NCBI GenBank assembly: GCA_963718915.1
Contig: CAVRAI010000001.1
Span: 120,001 to 152,000 of the forward strand
Origin: an uncultured Chloroflexia bacterium
Lineage (GTDB): Bacteria; Chloroflexota; Ktedonobacteria; Ktedonobacterales; JADMIN01
Reading direction: 5' to 3'
DNA length: 32,000 nucleotides
Positions 24,183 through 31,344 of this stretch are shown piece after piece (position 1 is the stretch's first letter; every line of letters begins with the position of its first letter). Both the position numbers and the translations under genes were made by a program. The notes beneath the pieces were generated by a model, which ran no database searches, was not told the DNA's origin, and saw only the letters and a list, made by a program, of their open reading frames with translations.

Positions 24183-24406
24183 TATCTATCCCCTCCCGAG
24201 AAACTAGCGAGATGCTCTCGCCTGGTGTGATGACGCCAAGAAAATGCAACGGCGTCGCGAAGCGAATGATAACAAGTGCACGGAATCAACTCTCACATAA
24301 TGAGATGCGCCGCACTGAATCGGGCTTGTCTCAGGCAAATTCGCCGCCTGAAATCGTCACCTGATTTCCGATATGCAGTTGACAGAAATTTTGGCGCTTC
24401 CCTTGT

Positions 24407-24427
24407 ATGATACCTTTAGGGTATCAT
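24407..24427. promoter_or_regulatory. Inverted repeat ATGATACC-tttag-GGTATCAT in the divergent control region
   Basis: Perfect 8-bp arms. Lies in the 715-bp low-GC gap between divergent genes (24182 minus, 24898 plus), next to a TTGACA at 24379-24384. Function unproven. Confidence 0.3.
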
Positions 24428-24836
24428 GCCAACGTACATGTAGGCGTCTCCGCTTGACATCATACAGCCTTACAGTACTATATCATGTCAGGCAAGCGCC
24501 CCTGGGAGAACCGGCACGGCGTCTGTGTCCTAATGGTCATTGATACAACCGATGGGTCTGTATCCCCGCATCCGAGCGGGCAACACTTTCAAAATCAGGC
24601 ACGCTGTGTGGTGGCCGTTAACCACCAAGTCACAGAATACCATACCCGCCAACTTTTCGCGACTGGTACTATAATGTGCAACGGTGACATGTCTCCATTG
24701 GAATTGTATTATGCTTGTATTCATTAAGCAGGTACAGTGTGGTAACTTTGTTGCAGTGTTGTGCATTGCGCTGTTTTTCAGTGTTTTCGGGAGGCGTGGC
24801 GCTTACCCGGATAGATCGTTCGTCGCTTCCTGGAGT

Positions 24837-24855
24837 GCAACATGTTGCGCAACAT
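24837..24855. promoter_or_regulatory. Perfect 12-bp palindrome GCAACATGTTGC plus a reiterated GCAACAT half-site upstream of the first lipoprotein gene
   Basis: GCAACATGTTGC at 24837-24848, directly followed by GCAACAT at 24849-24855, about 45 nt before the ATG at 24898. Confidence 0.3.
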
Positions 24856-24897
24856 TATTGGCTTTCCAGTGGAGCATGAGTGTCAGGGGTTCTTTGG

Positions 24898-25806
24898 ATG
24901 AAGAAGCTGTTGGGTTTCGCATTGCTGATGGTGGCGCTATTCTCGTTGCTCGCGTGTGGCACAATTGGAAGCGGCATTCCAACCCCCGCGGCGCAGCCAA
25001 TTCCGACTCTTGCGCTGCGCACTCAGCCTGCCGCCACGCGAGCGCCATTACTCATCCAATTTTGTAATGATGATACAGGGAGCTTCCCACGCAAAGACTT
25101 CCAGGGCGCCAATCAACTCATGGCATCGAGCCTGGAGCAGGCGGTGAGCGCCAATCAGCGAGGAGTAACACTCTACGCCACCGCCATTACCCATAACACC
25201 TTCGATCCCTCGAATACGCTCAATCCAGCGTTCATCGTTCCCGAAATAAAAGCCTATGAGACACCACCAACTCCTGTTCCAACACATGCCCCGCAAGATC
25301 CCGTGACGGATCCCGCCACAGCTACAGCTATATCGCAACAAACGAGCAGTGGCGTCGCCACGTACAATGGAACAGTCGCCACGCTCGACCAAACAATCGA
25401 CAAGGTCAAAAATGACGTGAAGACTGACGTCGCGCGGCTGACATCATGGAACCCCCGTGTTGATAACATCGCCACCAGCATCCTTGGCTGCTTCCAGTTG
25501 GCAGCTTCACGATTCCAGGGGCAGTCGGGCATTAAGCTGATCTATATTGCGTCCGATCTGGAAAACAACACCGATGTTGATTACACGCAAAGCTTCGTGC
25601 AATCGCATGGTCTGGCTGGGGTGATCGTCCACGTCATTTATTTTGTCAGCCCGAGTGCGTCACGCGACCAGCAAAAACGCGCGAAATGGTGTCCATTCCT
25701 GAAGTCCGCGGGGGCCAGTGTGGTTCTGTTCAGTGATCCCACTGCTTCACCGACGTTGTCAGATGTCTTCAACAAAGATCTGGCGACTCCCCCGCAGTCC
25801 TGTTAA
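24898..25806 (+). CDS. Lipoprotein, possible vWA-like fold (paralog 1)
   Basis: Track ORF 24880..25806 trimmed to MKKLLGFALLMVALFSLLAC (lipobox LLAC). DDTGS resembles the MIDAS DxSxS motif. Later ATAITHNTF and IYIASDLENN resemble the vWA T and D positions. Four conserved Cys residues are shared with paralog 2. Confidence 0.7.
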   Translation: MKKLLGFALLMVALFSLLACGTIGSGIPTPAAQPIPTLALRTQPAATRAPLLIQFCNDDTGSFPRKDFQGANQLMASSLEQAVSANQRGVTLYATAITHNTFDPSNTLNPAFIVPEIKAYETPPTPVPTHAPQDPVTDPATATAISQQTSSGVATYNGTVATLDQTIDKVKNDVKTDVARLTSWNPRVDNIATSILGCFQLAASRFQGQSGIKLIYIASDLENNTDVDYTQSFVQSHGLAGVIVHVIYFVSPSASRDQQKRAKWCPFLKSAGASVVLFSDPTASPTLSDVFNKDLATPPQSC

Positions 25807-25850
25807 TGGCCCAGCAACTCAGGAAGGTTGCCTGAAACACTGGAATGCAT

Positions 25851-25887
25851 GCCCCTCCTCGTCTTGTCAGACAGATGAGGGAGGGGC
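25851..25887 (+). terminator. Hairpin after lipoprotein gene 1 (possible terminator, no U-tract)
   Basis: GCCCCTCCTC, a 16-nt loop, then GAGGGAGGGGC (one bulged G), starting 45 nt after the stop at 25806. Confidence 0.3.
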
Positions 25888-26166
25888 TATCTCACATGCG
25901 GGATGTGATAGGCGGGCGATTTTCTGGCTTCTCCTGGTTAGTAGCGATATTTATCGGGCACAAGCAGCGAGAGCCTGTTATAATGCAACCGCGCCGGATA
26001 CGGATTTCGTGTGGAATGCTGTTGAGCATGGCGCGCCGGGAGTTCCGGCATATGGCGCGAGTGGCGCACTGGGCCACAACATTCATGCTCTGGATAGCGA
26101 CGCAGGGCGAAAATCACTGTGACAAATACTTATAGATCTTAGATACCATAGAGGGGGTCGGCATCG

Positions 26167-27102
26167 ATGCTGTCAGCATTCTTGAGTAGCAGGAGTCGCC
26201 AACAGAGCAGAAGTCTCGTCCTCATCTTTGGGCTTATTTGTCTGTTGATATCGCTTATCGCCTGTACAACGATTTCCACGCCCCAGGACACACCGTTACC
26301 AACCATTGCCGCGCATCCACAACCACCGCAAATGCGCCCTCAAGTGCTCATTCAATACTGCGATGACGATACTGGCAGCTACCCACACATGTATTTTGGG
26401 GAAGCCAACCAGCTTATCGCCTCCAGCTTGCAGCAGGCTGTTACGGCCAACCAGCAAGGCGTGACCCTCTATGCGACTGCTATCACCCACGATACCTTCA
26501 ATCCGGTTAATACGCTCAATCCGGCATTTCTCATTCCGTCGATACCGGCCTATCCGACACCGCCAACACCAGCGCCAACCCATGCGTCAGATAACCCCGT
26601 CTTTGACCCTGCTACGGCGACTGCGGTACAGGTTCAGAACGTCAGCAACATAACCACATTCAATAACAGAGTCGCCGCAATAAACCAAACACTCACCAGT
26701 GCTCAGTCGCAGTTGGATAGTGACGTGAAGCGCCTGACATCATGGAAACGCTCCGTAGACCATATCGCGACCAGTGTGCTGGGCTGTTTCCAGTTGGCGG
26801 CTACACGGTTCCAGGGGCAATCAGGCGCTAAAATGCTCTACATCGCCTCTGATCTGGAAAATAACACTGATGTAGACTATACCCAGAACTTTGTGAAAGA
26901 ACAGGAGCTCAAAGATGTGGTGGTTCATGTCATCTACTTCTTTAGCAGCAATGCGGCGCGCGATCAGGTGAAACGATCCAGATGGTGTCCTTATCTCAAA
27001 TCAGCGGGCGCCAGTATGGTCATATTTAGCGATCCAGTCGAGCCGTTGCAGAACAAGGATATGTTCGACGTTGATTTGACCTCGCCTACGCCGAGTTGCT
27101 GA
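26167..27102 (+). CDS. Lipoprotein, possible vWA-like fold (paralog 2)
   Basis: GAGGGGG SD and lipobox LIAC. Collinear with paralog 1 over its whole length (QYCDDDTGSYP, GVTLYATAITH, LGCFQLAATRFQGQSG, YIASDLENNTDVDYTQ, RWCPYLKSAGAS, terminal PSC). Confidence 0.75.
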   Translation: MLSAFLSSRSRQQSRSLVLIFGLICLLISLIACTTISTPQDTPLPTIAAHPQPPQMRPQVLIQYCDDDTGSYPHMYFGEANQLIASSLQQAVTANQQGVTLYATAITHDTFNPVNTLNPAFLIPSIPAYPTPPTPAPTHASDNPVFDPATATAVQVQNVSNITTFNNRVAAINQTLTSAQSQLDSDVKRLTSWKRSVDHIATSVLGCFQLAATRFQGQSGAKMLYIASDLENNTDVDYTQNFVKEQELKDVVVHVIYFFSSNAARDQVKRSRWCPYLKSAGASMVIFSDPVEPLQNKDMFDVDLTSPTPSC

Positions 27103-27116
27103 CACAGCGTCTCGCA

Positions 27117-28727
27117 TCAGAACAGCGGAGACTCGCTCGAGCCGACCATCACATCGAGGACGACGGGGCCATCGCCCGCGAACGATGCGCTCAGGGCGGC
27201 GGAGAGATCCCTGGCCCGCTTGATCCGCTGGGCGGCGCAGCCATACCCCTTCGCGAGGGTTGCGATATCGATACCAGGCAGATCGACGCCCGTGAAGCCG
27301 CCGACATTGAACATCCGACTGAACGCTTTGAGCGCGGCGTATTCCTGGTTGTGCAGCACGACGAAGGTCACTGGAAGGCGATGCTGCACGGCGGACCACA
27401 GTCCCTGAATCGCGTACATGCACGACCCATCGCCGAGCACGCAGATAACCCGGCGCGTGGGGTCGGCCAGCGCGATACCGACGGCGGCGGGCAGACCATA
27501 GCCCAGCCCTCCACTGGCGCTCGTAAAGAAGCTGGCGCTCCGCCGAATCGGGAGATAGGCATGGACATCGTTTTCGTGCGATGGCGCCTCCATCACCACG
27601 ACGGCGTCTGGCGGCATCGTGCGGGCGATGGCCTGCATCACGAACGGGCCGGAGATGGGATCGCTCGCCTCCACCTCACACGGCTGAGCGCGTAACTGAC
27701 CGGGCGCGGGCCGCCATGTGGGTTTGACCAGATCGAGCAATTGCGTAATTCCCAGGCGCATCGTGGCCAGGAGGCTGCTTCCAACCGGCGCCCATGCCGC
27801 CGCCTGCGGATCGTCGATCAGCTGATAGAGTTGCGTTCCCTCTGGCACGAACGGCCCTTCGGTATGCACATGGTAGGTGAAAATCGGCGCGCCGAGGACG
27901 ACGACCACGTCGTAGCCCGCCAGTTTCTCCGTCACAAGCTGGCGCACAGGTGGCAGGAAACCAGCGAAGAGTGGATGATCCTCGGGGAAGCTGCCGCGGC
28001 TGGCCTTGGGGCTTACCCAGACTGCCGCCTGCAAGCGCTCGGCCAGCGTGACGGCGACATCCCAGGCGTTATCCTGATCCACGACTGGCCCAACGACCAG
28101 TGCGGGACGCTCGCTGGCGTTCAGCGCATCCGCGATCGTTGGAGCGCTAGCTGGATCGGGCGCGAACTCAAAGCTCACCGTGCGCGGCGCGACTGGCTCG
28201 GCGGCGGCGGCCCAATCGTCCGCTGGAATCGAGACGAAGGTTGGGCCGCAGGGTCTCTGCATGGCGACGTAATACGCGCGGGCGATGGCGGCGGGCACAT
28301 CCTGGGCGCGCGCTGGCTCGCAGCTCCATTTCACGTAGGGTTTGGGGAATGTTGCCGCATCCGTGGCCCAGAGAAATGGCTCCGTTGGCTGCATCGCGCG
28401 GGTCTGTTGCCCCGCCGTGATGACCAGCGGCGTCTGATTGCGGAAAGCGGTGAAGACACTGCCGAGCGCGTGGCCAACGCCCGCCGCCGAGTGCAGGTTG
28501 ACGAACGCCGCGTTGCGCGTGCTTTGCGCGTAGCCATCGGCCATGGCGACAGCGCAGGATTCCTGAAGCGCGAGGATATAGCGAAAGTCGTCCGGCCAAT
28601 CTCTGAAGAAGGCAAGTTCAGTTGAGCCGGGATTGCCGAAGATTGTGGTCATGCCCAGCGAACGCAGCAGCGCCACCGTGGCGTCTCTAACTGTGCCTTG
28701 CGCCGACGTATCGGCCAGTGTATCCAT
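27117..28727 (-). CDS. mdlC: Thiamine-diphosphate enzyme, benzoylformate decarboxylase-like
   Basis: The N-terminus TIFGNPGSTELAFFRDWPDDFRYILALQESCAVAMADGYAQSTRNAAFVNLHSAAGVGHA...PLVITAGQQTRAM closely parallels the remembered Pseudomonas putida MdlC N-terminus. The ThDP motif GDGS..Y is present. Confidence 0.8.
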   Translation of the reverse strand: MDTLADTSAQGTVRDATVALLRSLGMTTIFGNPGSTELAFFRDWPDDFRYILALQESCAVAMADGYAQSTRNAAFVNLHSAAGVGHALGSVFTAFRNQTPLVITAGQQTRAMQPTEPFLWATDAATFPKPYVKWSCEPARAQDVPAAIARAYYVAMQRPCGPTFVSIPADDWAAAAEPVAPRTVSFEFAPDPASAPTIADALNASERPALVVGPVVDQDNAWDVAVTLAERLQAAVWVSPKASRGSFPEDHPLFAGFLPPVRQLVTEKLAGYDVVVVLGAPIFTYHVHTEGPFVPEGTQLYQLIDDPQAAAWAPVGSSLLATMRLGITQLLDLVKPTWRPAPGQLRAQPCEVEASDPISGPFVMQAIARTMPPDAVVVMEAPSHENDVHAYLPIRRSASFFTSASGGLGYGLPAAVGIALADPTRRVICVLGDGSCMYAIQGLWSAVQHRLPVTFVVLHNQEYAALKAFSRMFNVGGFTGVDLPGIDIATLAKGYGCAAQRIKRARDLSAALSASFAGDGPVVLDVMVGSSESPLF

Positions 28728-28781
28728 AGTGATCGCCGCTCCTTCTGGGAGTCCTGTACACGCGATGGCGCGCGATGCCGC

Positions 28782-29813
28782 TCAGGGAATCAAGATGCCA
28801 CGGCCACGTATCCGGCCCAGCTCCAGGTCATGGATCGCGTCGCTGGCCGCCGCGAGCGGATAGGTCACCGTATGCAGCGTGACTTTGCCTTCGGTGGTCA
28901 GCGCCATCAGCTCGACGAGATCGTTGTATGTGCCCACCAGGTTGCCGACGAACTGGATCTCATTCGAGACGATATAGCCAGTTGGAACCTGTAGTTGGCC
29001 GCCGTAGCCGACGAGAAAATAACTGCCCGCGCGGCGCAGCATGCTTATCCCGTCATTGACGGCGTTTCCCTCGCCGACGAAATCGACGATGACCTCAGCC
29101 CCGCGTCCATTGGTGATATCCAGCACATGCGCGACATGCGTCCCGTCGGCGAGGATGGTGTGGTCGGCGCCCCAGGCGCGAGTCAACGCCAGCGCCTCGG
29201 GCGAGCGATCGACGACGATGATCTGGGCGGGCGTCAGCGCCTTGAGGCACTGAATGCCGATATGGCCCAGGCCGCCCGCGCCGATAACGACCACCTTCGT
29301 GCCCGGATAGAGCCGGGGGACAGCCTTCTTGACGGCGTGATAGGCGGTAATCCCCGCATCCGCCAGCGCGGCGACATCCTGGGGAGCCAGGCCTGGCTCC
29401 AGCTTGATCATCGAACGCGCATGGGTGAGCAGGAATTCGGCCATCCCGCCATTGACATCCATGCCAGGGAAGGCGGCCCGCACGCACTGCATATCGTCAC
29501 CCGCGCGGCACGCCTGGCAGAGGCCGCAGCTGACCTGCGGATAGACGATGACCGCGTCCCCCACACTCACATTGCTGACCGCTGACCCAACCGCCGCGAC
29601 CCACCCGGCGTTCTCGTGGCCCAGCGTATAGGGGAGCTGCAAATTGGCCTGTTCTCTCGTTTTGAACTGGCCTTCGATAATGTGCAGGTCGGTGCGGCAG
29701 AGACCGGCGCCGCCGACGCGCACGATAACATCGAATGGCGAGGTAATCTTTGGCTCGTCAACCTCTTCCACCACCGGAAGTTGCCCATACTGCCGCAAGC
29801 GCACAGCTTTCAT
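28782..29813 (-). CDS. Zinc-dependent alcohol dehydrogenase (MDR family)
   Basis: GGAGLCRTDLHI and LGHENAGWV (catalytic Zn ligands), the structural Zn Cys cluster CGLCQACRAGDDMQC, and the Rossmann motif VVVIGAGGLGH. Confidence 0.9.
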   Translation of the reverse strand: MKAVRLRQYGQLPVVEEVDEPKITSPFDVIVRVGGAGLCRTDLHIIEGQFKTREQANLQLPYTLGHENAGWVAAVGSAVSNVSVGDAVIVYPQVSCGLCQACRAGDDMQCVRAAFPGMDVNGGMAEFLLTHARSMIKLEPGLAPQDVAALADAGITAYHAVKKAVPRLYPGTKVVVIGAGGLGHIGIQCLKALTPAQIIVVDRSPEALALTRAWGADHTILADGTHVAHVLDITNGRGAEVIVDFVGEGNAVNDGISMLRRAGSYFLVGYGGQLQVPTGYIVSNEIQFVGNLVGTYNDLVELMALTTEGKVTLHTVTYPLAAASDAIHDLELGRIRGRGILIP

Positions 29814-29846
29814 ATAAGGTTCTCACTTGCTAAAGAAAAGTTCCAT

Positions 29847-29886
29847 GACATTCGCGGACATTCGCGGACATTCGCGGACATTCGCG
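29847..29886. repeat. Perfect 10-bp tandem repeat GACATTCGCG x4 in the ADH leader
   Basis: Counted directly. On the gene (minus) strand it reads CGCGAATGTC x4, which places TGTCCGC three times at exact 10-bp phasing. Confidence 0.95.
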
Positions 29887-29927
29887 TCCAGCGTGACCGT
29901 ACCCGTCGTAAGAAGCGTACGATGCCA

Positions 29928-29956
29928 AGGATAGCATCACGCTCCTCACCTGGCAA
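29928..29956 (-). promoter_or_regulatory. Sigma70-like promoter candidate for ADH-mdlC (TTGCCA-17-TATCCT)
   Basis: The minus strand reads TTGCCA (29956..29951), a 17-nt spacer, then TATCCT (29933..29928). The tandem array lies about 40-85 nt downstream and the ADH ATG is at 29813. Confidence 0.4.
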
Positions 29957-29974
29957 ACAACTGGCGGTGGCGCT

Positions 29975-30616
29975 CTATTCTTGCCGCGGCGCCTGAGCTT
30001 CGACCACCGCTCGCAAGCCGTGCAGATCGTAGGACAGCGCCCCTTGTTCCAGCTTTGCCCGCAGGGCTGTCTCGCGGGCTTCGCGCTCCCCCGACGCGAC
30101 CATGACCTGCTCCGCCTGTTCCGCCGCGACAACGCACGCCCCGTCACCATCGAGCACGACGATATCGCCAGCGGTGATGTTCGCGCCACCGACGACGACG
30201 GGATCATTGATCGTGCCGACCTGTGTTTTGGCCGCGCCACGCACCCGTATCCAGCGCGCCCAGATTGGCAGACCCAGCGCGCGTAGCTCCTCGGTATCGC
30301 GCGCGGCGGCGTCAACCAGAATCGCCGCCACCCGATGGACCAGCGCCTGCGTCGCCAGAAGCTCGCCAATCAGCGCGACTGGCTCCGGTTCCGGCATGGT
30401 CAGCACCAGCACCTCGCCGGGCTGAACCTGGTTGAGCACGGCGTGAACCATCAGGTTGTCGGCCTGCCCGCAGCAGACTGTGCGCGCGGGGCCAGCAACG
30501 CGACTGCCGGGGACAATCTGGTGGAGCGGAATATCAATCAGCCCAACGCGACCCGCCGCCTCGTAGACCGTCGCGACGCCATAGCGCGCGAATTGGCTCA
30601 TATCGAGATCACTCAT
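29975..30616 (-). CDS. RraA-family protein / 4-hydroxy-4-methyl-2-oxoglutarate (CHA) aldolase-like
   Basis: 213 aa. ATVYEAAG, GELLATQA, DAAARD and GDIVVLDGDG are typical of the RraA/HMG-aldolase fold. ATGA overlap with the upstream gene. Confidence 0.8.
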   Translation of the reverse strand: MSDLDMSQFARYGVATVYEAAGRVGLIDIPLHQIVPGSRVAGPARTVCCGQADNLMVHAVLNQVQPGEVLVLTMPEPEPVALIGELLATQALVHRVAAILVDAAARDTEELRALGLPIWARWIRVRGAAKTQVGTINDPVVVGGANITAGDIVVLDGDGACVVAAEQAEQVMVASGEREARETALRAKLEQGALSYDLHGLRAVVEAQAPRQE

Positions 30617-31344
30617 AATTGCGATACCACCTGTGGGAGAACGCGCTGAAACGCTTCAGCGTGACGGATATTTTGATCGCCCGAGACGCGGCGAGCATGA
30701 TAGGCGCGATGCTCCGCCTGCTCGGTGTAATACTGCCACAGATACTTCTGCGCGGCTATCGCTTCCATTGCGCGCCGTTTCTGCTCGAAGACCGGAGTAA
30801 TATCCACGAAGGTGTTGGGCAGAAAGCCACAGAGTTCGGGTTGGTGCGGCTCGAAGAGGAAGAGTTCGGGAGGTTGGATGGTCGCAAAGCTACTGGCTAC
30901 GCCTGCGCCACTGGCCAGCAGGCGCGCCCGTTGCGTGATGGCATACGCCACCGGATGATCTGGATTGAAGGGATCTTTCTCAGTATGCGTCACGATGACA
31001 TCGGGGGCCGTTTCCCGTATCAACTCGGTCAGCCGGAGCAGCGTGTCGCCATCCACCGTCAGCGGGTAGTCGCCAAGGTCAAAACACTGGAAGCTGGCTC
31101 CGAGCGCTTCGGCCGCCTGCGTCGCCTCCTCGTGGCGGATGCGCTTCACGTTCTCCACCGTCTGCCCTGGCTCTTTCCACAGTTCACCCGACTCGCCACG
31201 CTCGCCATAGGAGAGCGCGACCACGACGGCTTTGCCACCCGTGGCGGTGTGGACGGCGATAGCGCCCGCTGCCCGCCAGACGAAATCGGCCGAGTGCGCC
31301 CCGACGACCAGCATGACACGTCCGCTGGCTTGTTCGCTCATCAT
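30613..31344 (-). CDS. PIG-L/LmbE-family zinc hydrolase, 4-oxalomesaconate hydratase (GalB)-like
   Basis: VMLVVGAHSADFV (AHxDD-like metal motif), ERGES, and IVTHTEKDPFNPDHP (the HxxH/DH motif of the LmbE fold). ATGA overlaps on both sides. Confidence 0.65.
   Translation of the reverse strand: MMSEQASGRVMLVVGAHSADFVWRAAGAIAVHTATGGKAVVVALSYGERGESGELWKEPGQTVENVKRIRHEEATQAAEALGASFQCFDLGDYPLTVDGDTLLRLTELIRETAPDVIVTHTEKDPFNPDHPVAYAITQRARLLASGAGVASSFATIQPPELFLFEPHQPELCGFLPNTFVDITPVFEQKRRAMEAIAAQKYLWQYYTEQAEHRAYHARRVSGDQNIRHAEAFQRVLPQVVSQL

Noticed and set aside
24485-25067. Small ORFs (80, 78 and 127 aa) in the low-GC divergent spacer
   Set aside because: They overlap one another, have no SD and have odd composition. 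The 127-aa ORF runs out of frame into the well-supported lipoprotein gene. They are treated as non-coding, although a small protein or an RNA cannot be excluded.
27741-28625. 294-aa plus-strand ORF opposite the benzoylformate decarboxylase-like gene. Similar long antisense ORFs occur at 30619..31566, 12878..13651, 15165..15995, 19863..20650, 4053..4742, 8647..9472 and 6104..6775.
   Set aside because: All overlap strongly supported genes on the other strand or in another frame. They have Arg/Pro/Gly-biased composition, no SD and no recognisable motifs.
221-29886. CRISPR array interpretation of the tandem repeats at 221-274, 17091-17130 and 29847-29886
   Set aside because: The units are 9-12 bp and directly abutting, with no spacers, and there are no cas genes. 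These are microsatellites, not CRISPR.
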